Origin: Cyanophora paradoxa CCMP329
Lineage: Eukaryota; Plantae; Glaucophyta
Length of the DNA: 64,000 bases
Direction of reading: 5' to 3'
Assembly: GCA_004431415.1 (NCBI GenBank)
Contig: QPMI01000100.1
Span: 290,908-354,907, forward strand
The notes beneath the pieces were generated by a model that saw only the letters and a program-made list of their open reading frames with translations, did no database searches and was not told the DNA's origin. Numbering within the stretch: the first letter of the stretch is position 1; every line of letters begins with the position of its first letter. The position numbers were made by a program, and so were the translations under genes. Positions 45,950 through 59,000 of this stretch are shown here, piece after piece.

Positions 45950-47700
45950 TTTAGGAATCTTTGATTTCTTGTTGTCTATTCTTCTTCGTCTATGTACTAC
46001 GGTACTACTACTTCTACTTATTAATTGAACAAAGAATGAGAATGAAGTACTAAAGTTGTGAAGACAGAACAGAAGAAGCTGAAGCACTGAACATAAAGAA
46101 CAGAACAGATCTGAGTGCATGAAAGATGTAGAAATTAAACACTGATCATGTAATCTAGAAACAATGCACGAGATGCAATGTAGTCCAAAGCTAGGCTTCA
46201 TCATTTATGGTTTGTCATGAAACATAATGCTTTGCAATTGGTGTTTAATTCTTGGCTGGCAAAGAAATTAAAGGGCGATTTGATATTCTTAGCTATAGCT
46301 TTGGCCAGGAAGATGAAAAGAAGAGCTAAAGCACTGAACAATTGCAAGAAGTTTGAAATTGCACACATGAATCTCTTGTGGTTCAATCGTATTACAAAGA
46401 ACGAAAATGAAGCTGAAGCACTGAAGAAGAGAGCATTTCAGAACAGATCCAGAAACAATGAAGTGATCACAAAAACAATACAAAAGAAGCACATGCAATG
46501 TCTTTCAGGTTTGATCATTTATGTTCTAGATCTGTCATCAAACATCGAGTTTTGGTGTTAAATACTGGCCATGGCTGGCAAAGCAAGGGCAATTCTTAGC
46601 AGGAAAGTGGGCAATAAGCTTGAACGTTAACATTTATTGCAGCAGTGATATACTGTCCAAGTCCCTGTAGCTTTGTACCCCTGTACCTCAGTCTGCCTGT
46701 ACCCCCAATACACCACCTTGCCAGCTATATATATAGCTATCTAGCCTGGCAATACATTGCAGCACTGATCATGAACAATTGCAAGAAGCTTAAGAATTGA
46801 ACACTTCAATTGACAATTTGGCAAAAACAACCTGGCAAGGTTGTAGAAGAATTGATCATGAACAAGTCAATCATTGATCATTTCATTTCATGCATGTAAC
46901 ACGCAACAATATTTTATGCATGCAATGATGCCATGATGAATAATGCATGCATCATGATCAATATAAAGATCTAGATGCCACTGCAGCTGGGCCATCTAGA
47001 AGAGAATGTTGTTTGTTTTGTTAAACAAAAAATGCAAGTACAATCTCTTCAATTTCAATTTGGCAAGTTTCTGTTTTGTTTGTTGTGAATGTGTGAACGT
47101 TGTGCTAGTGTTGTGTTTTTATTTTTTTGTCTTGTGTTGTTGTTTGTACATTGTCAAAGTTGTGGAACATATGCATTTCTTTTTGTTGTACCGTAGTACA
47201 TGCCAAGATGTTTAATGTATTATTTATTGTTTGCCAAGAATCAAACCGGTTCTGAATCGGCACTGAGCAGTCAAGTGCACCACAGCACTTCAGGAAGAAA
47301 AAAGGAAAAAAGGGACTTTCCATTGACAGAACTGCCGGATACCCAATTTCAGCCACAAAACTCCACTCTGTGGCAGATCTTCCCACTTCATACTTCCAAG
47401 CTCACTGGCATAAGCAGCGGCTGCCGCTACTTTTTTTAAGAAGTCACAGAGTCATACATCACTCAGTGACTTTTGCTTCTCATGTGGAGCCTGTCTCAGT
47501 GACCACAGTGAGTCAAGGCAGCACTGGCAGCCTTCAAGTGCATATCAAATTGAGTATACCAATGAGAGCGACAACTCAACCACTGGCCTGCGATTCACAA
47601 GTTCCCCACTTACCAAACATGCTGGCACGACTGTTGGTAGCCCAGGCTGGACCAACCATGGAGTGCACTCCACTCAGTGAGTTTGACTGTTCGCACAGTA
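45950..47700. other. AT-rich, CpG-poor island; possible decayed repeat or transposon
   Basis: Abrupt composition shift, many TG/CA, internal repeat TGAACAATTGCAAGAAG (~46335 and ~46772), no convincing ORF. Confidence 0.45.
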
Positions 47701-50700
47701 GACAATGCTCAGCGGCTGGCAGTTTGAGTCTGCCGTAGTACTAAACGGAATTTTCTTCCAAGGGGAACATGGGTTAATCTACTATGTAGCAAGCCGGGGC
47801 GCCGCGGCGGGCCGCCTCACTGAGTCATGCACGTACGCCCCCCGCCGGCGCCGCGCGCTAGCGCTGCCGCAGTGCCAGGCTGCGCTTCGGCTGTTTCTTG
47901 AACTTCGGAAGGCTTGATGCCATGATCATGATGCCATGATTTCTAGCTATCTACTTAAGCTTCAAAGGCTTGGGCTTGGTACTCAAGCTCGAGATCAAAT
48001 TCTCTCGAATTCCAAGGCTTCAAGGCTTAATCGCATTCAATGATTTGATCAACTCTTCGCGTTTCACAAGCACGCACTGGGGCCTAGGCCTGCGCTGGAC
48101 ATCGCGTCAAGGCGTTGTGCCTCGAGCTCCGCCCCCGCCGCACGCAGCTGACTCAGTGATCTGCGGGCCGAGGCACTGTCAGCCGCGAGTCGATATGGTT
48201 ACCCCGTGCAGCTCAGTGACTGCATACTCCACTATTTTATTCTGAAATTGGAAAGCGAGCCTCGGAGGTGAGCTTGCGCCCTCCGCCCGCCCTGCGCGTC
48301 CGCCGCCCTGTTAACGTGGCCCTCGCGATCGTCGACGTCGCCAGGAACGACGTTTGGCGCCGGAGAACGGCGGAAGCGAAGTCCCAGCGGAACTTCGGAA
48401 GCCTCGAAGCTGAAGTTCGGAATTTCATTCTTTATACGCATCTTTTCGTGTCGGTTCGAATTAATTCCCTGCGTTGTGAACTCGTACAAGACTTGCAGCT
48501 GGCGTTGATGCCGCTCGTACAAGACCCCTCCGCAGCCGCGTCATGCCGCCGCGGCTCGGCCGCGCGGGAGACCGCCCAAGCCCCGCGGACCGTGACGGCA
48601 TCGCACGGGGCTCGCCCCGACGGTTCGAACGAGGTCCCTCACGCCGTAGAGGGCGAGGGGGTTACCCCCATCTTAGACCCCCGGTCCCCGGCATGATGCA
48701 CCTCGTTGAAACGGGCGCGGCGAGACGAGTACGATGGTGATGTCCGCGGAGGCCCGCGCCCCCGCCCTGCCGTGGTACGCATGAGAAACGGCGGTGGGAC
48801 CCCTCGGAGCGCGCGAACGAGGCGAAACAGGAAGAAAGCGAACCGTGGATGCGGCAGAGGCGCGCCAAAGACCACCGGGAACGATTCCATGGAGTCCGGG
48901 GCCCCGCCGAAGCCGACGCCGCCGACGGACCGGCGCCGGCCGCGGGCTGGCCTGGCCCGACCCGTCCCGCGCATCCTGCCGCCGCAGGCGCTGCCTCCGA
49001 AGCGAATCAAACGCGCTCCCGAGCCCGCCCGCCCGCCGACGCCTCCGCCGTGGGCGCTGCGGCGGGCCGAAGTTGCGCCTGGGCGCCGGTGAGCGGTTCG
49101 AGCGCGGCGGGCGCGTTATGGTCCGTAGCTCAAAGTCGCATGCCTGGGTCCTAGCCTTTTTAACGTCTGAATTCGCACACACCGAGACAAATGGCTAAGG
49201 ATAAAACTGATGTGTCCATCTGTGTCAAGTCGAGAGATGAGCCTACGGGACTAAGCCTTTCGGACATCGGACCGGGTGGAGCTATTATACTGGAGAAAGA
49301 GCCTATACCTGCCTAGAAACGCTGCCTACACCTGCCTAGAGAGCCGAAGCAGAGCTGAGCTACTATAACCCCCCTCAGGACAAGGGCGCCTACAGAGAGG
49401 ACCGATGTATAAGCGAGGATGAGGTCGAAGCGGCTGAGCCTGAACTATAGCCCTCAGTTTGGTAGGGAGGAAACGTACTAAGAAAGCAAGGAGATCTAAC
49501 CCCAGGGAGGCCGGAAACCGGAGCCCGTGAGAGCCCGGGTGAAAACCGGCGGGCGCACAGCATCGCCAGCCGCAGCCAGCGACCCGTGCTCCTTGGCCGA
49601 GAGATACCGCCTCCAGCTGGCGCACACGCGCGCGCGCGGGGAGTCCGCTGCGGCGGGGTTGGGAGGCCCCGGCCGCCCGAGTGCTCAGAAGCACGTCGCC
49701 TCGCCAGGAATCCAAGTATCTGTGCGGCCGCGACGCCCACGGCCGCGACGCGGGCGCGCAATCACACGACCGACGATCATCTGCGCGGGCGCAGCACAGG
49801 TCGCCGGCCCCATAGCCGCGGCGGCCGATCGTTGCCGCAGAGAAGTGCTTGGGCTGAACGAGAGAGCAGCTGCTGAAGCCGCCGCTGGTGTCCGCTGGAG
49901 TGGCTCGCCGAACCGACCCACGGAGCGGATTCCTAACGGACGCGCGGCTAACCGGCTAGAGGAGGGGTGGAGGCACCGCCAAGGTGATTCGCGGCAGCCG
50001 GAGAGGCGCCCAGCGGGCAGGAGCCCGCTACCTACTTTCTCTCCAGGTCGGGGTACGCGAATCATGCCTGGGTCCTAGCCATGATCTTGTGGAGGCGCGT
50101 GGTCGTGGCGGAGGTCTCCGCGGCCGGAAAGCGGCGCAAGCTAACTGCCGAGCGGGGTACATGTTTCGCGACCAGCGCCCTCGACCAACGCACCCTGCAG
50201 CGGGCTCGTCGTCGGCAAGTTGTCGGGGGCGACGACCGGGAGCCGCCACGAGGAGGTAGAGCACAGAGTAGACGCGAGGAGGTAGAGCACAGAGTAGACT
50301 CTCGCGGCGCCCGCACACGGGGCGCGCTCTGTAAGTCCGATCCGGCGGTCCGTCCCGCCGCCCTCCTCCGCGCCGGTGCCGACTCTTACGGGCTAGGCGT
50401 CGAGTCTCCGGGGGGACGAGGGACGGGGCGGCGGCGGGCGAGACAAAGAACGAGCGCGCCCCGTGCGCGGGGACGCGTACGGTTCGTGCCGCCCGCCCTC
50501 CCGGGGGCCCGCTCCCTTCCCTCGCGCCGACCCTTATATTACGGGGTAGGCGTCGAGTCTCCGGGGGGTCCGCGCGACGGTGTACCCCTCTCTGGAGGAG
50601 GTCTGGCCCGCGCGCGGGCGTCGTCTCCGGGGGGAAGACGGGCGGGACGGCGGAGAGCGAGACGAGCGACGCGAGTACCCCGTAAGCCGGCTCCGGCTGA

Positions 50701-52361
50701 TGGGGTACGCCTTCGTCTTCGGTCGCCCGAGGCCTAGGTGCGGCGAACCCCCGGAAACTCTACCGCGCCTCCCTTAGGCCCGCCCGCCCCGCAGGGCCGG
50801 GATGGAAGACTTGAACCGCCGAACCCCTCTTTCATCGCTTCGGCGGGGGTACAGACGTATGTCGAACCCCCGGAAACTCTACGGCCCCTCCCTAAGGCTC
50901 GCCCGCCCCGCAGGTCTGACCGGCGCGGGCTGGGATGGAGGGGGAAGCGGAGAAAACACTGGCATTTTCAAGTCGAATTAGTACGGGGAAAACGCGGGCA
51001 CCTGGCAACACTAATTTGACTCGAAACCGGGCACCGGGCGGCCATTGGTCGAGAGCTCTCCCGAGTTGAGTCAATCAACTTGACTCGGAAAAAGGTTTGT
51101 ATGGCGGAAATCGCGCCATAGAGCCATAACTCGTAGCGTGAGTTGTCTTCGAAATTTTACTTGATTGATCATCATGACATGTCCTGCCTGATTCCCCGGC
51201 TGGCCTGATAGGGAGCAGGTCAGTACGGGAAGGTCAGGTTTGTTTCCTGTATGAGATCCTACGTCTCAAACTTGCATTCTTTGATCCTCTGTCTCGGGTC
51301 ACCGGGTAGGGTCTCCATACGGGTTGTTATTTGCTTTTTTTGAGAGCAATCATTGAATATGTTTATCACCACCCAGACTCGGTTTCGAGTCCTGGGAGTG
51401 TCTTTTACTTGCTCTCTCTCTCTCTGAATTATGCTCGATTGTGGGTTGTAGGCCGGGCGCCGTTTACATGCTTCCACGCTGTAGACGTCCAGGTTTTCTA
51501 TAATTACCTCGGTGGTCTCTAAACCTTTCTTGGTGTACAGTGGTGGTGTACCCTTGAATTGGAGTTACCCCCCCTCCCCCCTCGAATTCATGCTCGATCA
51601 GCTCGCGAGCCCGCCGTCAGGAGCGGCGCGGGGCCCGCCGGCGCTCACAGCCGCTGAGCGCGTGGAACATCGCAGTTGCAAGCCCGATGACGTCGACCCC
51701 TCAGCCATGGCCAGGTTCCTCGCACCCGGTGACCGTCGGACCATGGCCAAGCCCGGGCGGCCCTGCAGCTAGCGCTGCCGGCGCCGGCTGCGTCCTCTGC
51801 TCAACCCTTGTCAGGCCCCGGGCCCGGCCGGCGGAACGCGGTGGCGCACAGGGTCGCTACGACGTCGCCGAGACTCGTCGTCTGAGCAAGTGCGGCACAC
51901 GCGCCTGCGCCGCCCGGCGGAACAATACATGGTCTGATGTGAGCCGCTGAGCGTCGGTACCGCCTCGCAGATATCGAATTGCAAGCTGACCTAAGGGCCT
52001 TCCTTCCGAAGTTCCCCCAAGGCCGATCAATTTCGAGCGATCATGCCCTACCTTGTCCGTACACGCCCCTTGGCCCACAGTGCCGGAGTAGATTGTCCGG
52101 TAATTCACAATTAAGGTCGCCCCCCCGGCCCGCCCGCCACGCCACCCCACCCGCCTGCCTCGCCACCTGCACCCCGCCCGCCTCGCCACCCCGCAAGCCT
52201 CGCCCCCCGGGCCCGCCACCCGTCTCGCCTCCCTGCCCATTCATATTCATAGTGTACTTATTCATAGTGTAGTTTCTAGAAAAAGTTTATTCGGAGCCGC
52301 CACCGCAATCCCCCTTGACATCGAGGCCCTGAGGAAGAAGCGGGGCGCGGGGGCGTCATGA

Positions 52362-53064
52362 TCAATCCGGGTCGGAGGGCACGGCGGCGGCCCCCGCGGG
52401 GCCTGCGCCGGGCTCGTGGAACAGCGTTGCGCGGCGCTCGACCATCCTCAGCAGGTCCTCCTTCTTCACCGGCTTGCTCAGGTACTCGTCTGCCCCGCAG
52501 GGTACCCCAGTCAGCCGGCTCGGCGGGGCGGGGCGGGGCGGGGCGGCGCGGCACGCGCAAGCGCGCACCCATACCGGCTCTCAGGCACTTCTCCCGCTCG
52601 CCGGCCAGCGCTGAGCGCCGCCGGTCAGGCCCGTCAGGGGGCCGGGCCGGGCCGTGGCGGCGGCGCCGGGCGCGGCACCGTGGGCGGTGAGGCCGACGAT
52701 GACGGTGCGCGTGCCCTGCTCCGCGTCCAGGGCCCGGATGAGGCGCGTCGCCTCGTACCCGTCGCACCGCGGCATGCTGCAGTCTGCCGGCGCGCGCGCG
52801 CGCGTGTGTGAGCGCCGCGCGAAGCGAGGCGGGAGCAGCAGAGGAGGCGGGAGGGGCCGGGACGGGGCGGGGCGGACCCATGAAGACGAGGCCGAAGGCG
52901 CGGCGGCGGACGTGCTCGAGGGCGGCGAAGCCGTCCTCGGCGACCTCCACCCGGTGGCCCGCCCGCTCCAGCAGCTTCCGCACTGCGCACCGCGCGCCCC
53001 GCCGCGTTGGGGACGCCCCGAGCGGCGGGCGCGGGGCGGGGGCCTGGGTCCTATAGCTAGAAGC

Positions 53065-53097
<33 letters not shown>

Positions 53098-56000
53098 CCG
53101 GGCGCGGGCCCGGGCCTAGGTCCGGCCCCGAGCGGCGCGGGCGCGGGCAGAGGCCTAGGCCAAGGCCTAGGTCTAGGCCTGGGCCTGGGGCTAGGTCCGG
53201 CCGGGCGAGCGCGCATGCGCACCGACCATCTGGTTGACCGGGTTGTCCTCCACCTGCGCCGCCCCGCCCGAGGCGTGAGGGCGCGCGGCGGCGGCGGCGG
53301 CGGCGGCGGGGCGCGCCGGCGCCCCGCGCACCACGAGGATGTCTGTGGTGCGCCGGCGCTTCTCGGCGGGGCCGCCCCCGCCGCCGGGGCCCGCCCCGCT
53401 CGAGAGGGCCGCCCGGCCCGAGCCCGCCGCGCGTCTTGGAACCCTCCGCGGGGAGCCTGTCGTCGGACGAGGGCGCCTCTCCGCCGTCCACTTCCGCGAG
53501 CCTCGCGTCTCCGCCCCGGCCCCGACCCGGCCCCGCCCCGCCGCCCTCGTCGGGCGGGTGCGGCTCGCGGTGGGGCGCGCCGCGGCGAACGAGCTCGAGA
53601 GCGACTGCGCGGGCGAAGCGCTCCTGGGGCACGGGCTTGTAGAGGCAGGCCACGCGGCTCGGGCAGCGGTCCTTGTCGAACTTGGACTCGGTGCGGAGGA
53701 CGGCGAGCGCGGGAGCTCCGCCAGGGCCGGCGGGGCGCCGGGCCCGCCAGTGGGCCCGCCTCGAGCAGCGCGAGCGCCCCGTCGACGCTCCCGTCGACGA
53801 CGGCGAAGGAGACGGGGGCGCCCTCGGCGGCGATGCGGCGCAGCAGCGGGGCGAGCTCCTCGGGGCGCCCGCAGGGGCCGCCTCCACGCCGGCCTCGGCG
53901 AGGTAGCGGCCCAGCAGGCCGGCGACGAAGGGCCGGGCGAGCACGGCGGCGACGGGGCGCCCGCCGGGGCCCCGGAGTCGGGAGGGCCGGCGGGGCGCGC
54001 GGCCGCGAGTCCGGCGCGTAGGCCATCGCGACGGTGAAGTAGAACGTGGACCTGGCGCCGCGTCACGCGAGGCCGGGGAGTCGGAGGTGAGGGGGAGGGG
54101 AGGGGAGGGGGAGCGGACCCCTTGCCGAAGTCGGATTGGACAGAGATGGTGCCTGCGCCGTGCGCGGCGGCGCTCTCGGGCTCCTGGCCGGCGCAGTGCG
54201 AGACGATCGTCTTCGAGATGGCGAGGCCGAGGCCGGAGCCCTCCCAGCGCCGCGAGAAGGAGCTGTCCACCTGCGCGCCGGTACCCCGCCCCGCCGGCCT
54301 CTGACGTCAGAGGGCGACGCTCCGGAGGCGCCTGCGCGGGGCCGGCGGGGCGGGCGGCCTGCGAGAAGCGCTGGAAGAGCTTGGGGAGGTCCTCCTGCTT
54401 GATCCCTACCCGGTGTCCTCCACCTGGAACCGCAGCACGAACTCCGTCCTGCCGCCCCGCGGCCCGCCGCCCGCCCATTCGGACGGAGCTCCGGGAGGGC
54501 GCGGCTCGGGGGCCGGGGGCCGGGGCGGGGCGGCACCGGACGTCGGCGACGAGCTCGACGGAGATGAGGACGTGCCCGTCGGGGCGGGCATGCGAGCTGA
54601 ACTTGATCGCGTTGGACACCAGCTGCGCGGCCGGCGTCGGGTCGGGCGAGGCCAGGCGGGGGCCCGCGGCGAGGCGGGCGGGCGCACGTTCATGATGACT
54701 TGCTTGAGCCTCGTCTGGCCGAGCGGGCGGGGGCGGGGCCGGTCGGTCGGGGCAGGGGGGGTGGAGGGGGCGGGCGGGCGCACGGGGTCGCCCATGGCGC
54801 GGAGCGGGCAGCGGGGGTCGATGTGGGAGCCGATCTCGAGGCCGTTCTTGTACGCGGAGACGGAGGAGGCGGCCACGCAGTCGTTGACGACGCCGGCGAC
54901 GTCGAACTCGACGCGCTCGAGCTTGACGGCCCCGGACTCGAGGCCCGAGAGGTCCAGGAAGTTGTTGATGATGCGCAGCAGGTGCTCGGCCGACTGGTGG
55001 ATGGTGCGCGCCGTCTGCGCCTGCTGCTCCGTGAGCGGGCCCGAGTCGAGCAGCAGCTCCGAGAGGCCGATGATGGCCCCGCAGGGCGTCCGCAGCTCGT
55101 GGCTCGTGTTCGCCAGCAGCGTGTCCTTGGCACGGTCTGCCGTGCAGCTCAGCGGCGCAGCTCAGCGGGGCGCAGCTCAGCTCAGCGGACCGAGGACGGC
55201 GAGGGAGCGGTTCTTCTCCTCGAGCTCGCGGTTGTAGAGGCGCAGGTCCTCGTGCAGCGTCGCGTTCAGCATCGAGACCGCCAGCTGCGCCCCGCCTCAT
55301 GATCAGGCCCCCGAGGTCCGCAGAGACAGGGCGGGGCCCACCTGGGCGGCGAGGAGCTGGAGGAGCTCGACGCGCTCGAGGCTGAAGGCGCCCGCCATGA
55401 AGCGGTTCTCCAGGTACAGCGCCCCCATGACCTTCTGCTGGTGCATCTGCGCCACCCAGCTCACGGGAGAGCGGGCGGGGCGCGGGCGCGGGGGCGGGGC
55501 GGGGCGGCGCGGCGGGGCGCACGACGGGTACGCAGAGGACGGAGCGGAGGGCGTTGCGCTGCACGTGCCCGCACGACACGAAGTTGCCCTGCGCCGCGTT
55601 GGAGGGGGGGCCTCGGGGGTGGCGCCGCCGCGGCGGGCCGCGGCGGGGCGGGGCGGTGCCCCGGCGGGCGGGTACGGGCGCGCACCTGGGCGCAGGCGTT
55701 GTCGAGGAGTACGTATTCCTCGGTCCGGATCACGTACTGCGGGAGGGGGCGCGCGGGACCCGGATCGGATCGGATCGGATCGGATTGGATCGGAGGAGGA
55801 GAGGCCGCGGGGCGGCCGGCCGGGCGGCGGGCCGGGCCGGGCCGGGGCGGGCGCGGGCGCAGGCGCGGACCTGCACGATGGCGTGGGAGACGTTGCGGTA
55901 CTGCGCAAGCGGCTTGTCCACGCAGCGGATGTCCACCGCCGCCCGCCGCCCGCCCTCCCCGCCCTCCGCCTCCCGCCCGCCCTCGGAGTGCAGGTGCATC

Positions 56001-59000
56001 ATATCAACCTGCGAGAGCGAGCACGCGGGGGGGCGTGCCGTCTCAGCGCGCGCGCGCAGTGCGCCGGCCTCAGCGCATCAGAGGGAGGCAAGGGGGAGGG
56101 GGGTACCTCGCCCTCGACGCGGACGCAGAAGAGGGAGGCGAGGCCCGCGGACGCCGGGGCCTGCTCGTGCCGGCAGTGCTTGCTGCGCGCCAGCACCAGC
56201 CGCGCCACCGTCTGCGCCCCGCCCCGCCTCAGCTTCGCGAGCGTGTGTGTGTGTGTGCGCGCGCGCCGCGCCGCGCCGCGCCGCACGCGCACCGCGCCGG
56301 CGTTCTCCATGACGATGAGCTGGGGCGGCGGCGGCGCTGAGGAGGAGGCGGGCGGGCGGGCGGGGCGGCGGCGGGCGGGCGGGGGCGGACCATGAGCTTG
56401 GAGAGGAGGGCGTCGAGGTCCGACTCCGTTGCGAGCGCGAGCGCCGAGCGCACAACGGTGAGGATGTCCACCGTCGACGCCGTCGCCCGCGGCGCGCTCG
56501 CCGGCGCCCCCGAGCCGGAGCCGAAGCCCGAGCCGGAGCCGGAGCCTGAGCCCGAGCCGCCCGTCGCCGCGGCGGCGGCGGCCGGGGAGTGCGCCGGGCG
56601 CTCGGACGAGTCGGAGGAGGACTTGTCGCCCCCCCTGGAGCGGGAGCGGGAGGCGGAGCCCGTGGAGGCGTTCCTGGGGGCCTTGGCGTACACGAGGGCG
56701 TCCCGGAGCTCCGCGTGCTGGCTCAGCAGCAGCGTGACCTTGGTGCGCGCGCCCCACGCGCTGTAGTCCTTCACCGCCTCCTTCAGGTAGTGCAGCCCGG
56801 CGCCCCGAACGCCGGCCGCCAGGCAGAGGGAGGCGGCGAGCTCGTGCGCCAGGGCCGAGACCTGCAGCGCCTGCGAGTCGCGCGCCGCCCGCGCCGCCGC
56901 CTCGTAGCGCCCGAGCAGCGGCCCGAGGGCGGCGCGGGGGCGTCGGGCCCGCCAGCGCCCGCTCGCGCTCTGCGTCGAGGAAGAGGGCGCGGCAGCGGAA
57001 GTCGGCGCAGTGATCCGCGTACTCCTCGAGCCGCGCGACGAGCGCCGCCGCGCGCGCCGCCGCCTCCGCCCGCTCGCCCTCCCCCAGCGGCGCCGGCGCC
57101 TCGGGGCCCGGCCACACGCCCAGCCGGCACGTCGTCTCCGCGAGGCCTGCGCGCGTGCGCGTCGCCAGGGGGGCGGAGGCCTAGGCGGGGCGTGCGCGCG
57201 GACCCTGGAGGAAAGGCTCCTCGAAGCTGAAGATGACGCCGGGGGTGTCGCCGACCGCGGCCCGGAAGCTCGGCAGCAGCGCCGCCGCCTCCCGCAGGCG
57301 GCCCAGCACAACAAGGGCCACGAAGCGGAAGGAGAGGTACGCCGAGCGGCAGTAGGGCCCCGCGCCGCCATCTCCGGCCCCATGTCCGCCCCCGCGACCA
57401 TCGCGTCCACGTCGCTCTGCCCGCTCTGCGCCGCCAGGGGCCCCCGCCCGCCCGCCTGAGCCAGCGCCGGCGGCGGGGCGGAGGCGGCGGGGCGGCTCGC
57501 CTCGAGGAGGCGGACGTGCGCCGCGGCGGCGTCGAAGGAGACCTCAAGCTCCAGGTTCACGCACTTGCGAACGAAGGGCTTCAACTCGACCACTGCGCGC
57601 GCGGGGTGCGGCGTGAGGGGGGTGGAGCCAACAGGGGGAGGCCTAGGGAGCCAGCGGGCCGGGGGCGCGGGGCCGGGGGCGGCGCACTGGTCTCGTGCAT
57701 GTCGCCGAGGGGCACGCCGGCGAAGAAGGACATCCAGAGCTGCTGGTTGATGGAGTAGAGGGCGTTGTTGAGGTCCCCCGCCCGCTGCGAGAGCCGCGCA
57801 GCCTCCGCCATGGGCTGAATGCCCGCCAGCCAGTTCGACCCGACCGGGAAGGAGCAGAGGACGCACATGAGCACGCGGCCCCTGCGCCCCGCGGGGGTGT
57901 GAGAAGGGAAGGGAGGGGGGGGAGAAGGAGAGGGGTGGGTGCACCGGAGGAAGTCGGAGGTGCACGCGCCCTCGCGGTCGATGACGGCGAGGCAGAGGCG
58001 GCGCATGCAGACAGCCCCCTCGTAGTCCTTGCGGATGCCGGCGAGGATGAAGACCATGTAGGCGTACCAGGAGACGGCCGCCGCGTTGCCCCCGCGCTCG
58101 ATGCAGAGCCGCACGAGGCTCGCCGCCAGCACCTGGTACGGCCCGATCGCCGCTGCACGGGGCGTCAGCGACGGGGCGGGGCGGAGCGGGCGGGCCGCGC
58201 ACTCGAAAGGTACATAACCGCTGCGGCGACGGCGGGGGGACGTCAAGCCAGGCTCAGCGCAATGGAGGGGGCGGGTACAGCACACACACATGACCTCGAG
58301 CAAGGCGAACAGGAGCAACGTGAACTCGTCGTCCTGGCTCTGGGTGAAGATGATAAGGGGCGCAGGGCGCGGGGCGGGGGGGGGGGGGGGCGGGGGAGTG
58401 AGGGGGGAGGGGGGGGGGGGGGCGGGGCGGGACGGCGGCGCACGGGGTGGCCGGCGACGAACGCGTCTAGGTCGGCATCGACGCCGCGCGCCTCCCAGGC
58501 GCGCCACATGGCCCCGTACGCCTCGTCGATGCGGGCCTGGGGCACGGTCCCGTCCTCCCCCCGCCCGATCTCGATGCCGAACTCGCGCACGACGGCCTGC
58601 GCTCGCTCCACGACCTCCGCGAAGCGGTTGGCGGTGGAGAGCACGTTGACGCGCAGGCGGAAGGCGTCCAGCTTCTCCCGCAGCGAGGCCGCCCGCCCCT
58701 CGATGTAGCTCAGGTGCTCGTCCGCCGCCCCGATGTTCTGGCACAGGTACTCCGACTCGGCGAGGCGCAGCAGGAGCCGCGTGCTCAGGCCCCGCGACGC
58801 ATCTGCGAGGTCCAGGTCCCCCTGCCGCTCCCGCAGATCGGCGTGCCGGATCGGGCGCTGCTCGGGGGGCGCGGGTGCCCCCTCCTGCGGCTCCCGGTCC
58901 GCGGGAGGAGGGCCCCCCGGGAGGCCGTAGAGCGCCCGGACGCCGGCCTGTTGCGGGGGCGGCGCGGTGAGAAGGGGGTGGGGCGGGCCGGGGAGGGAGG

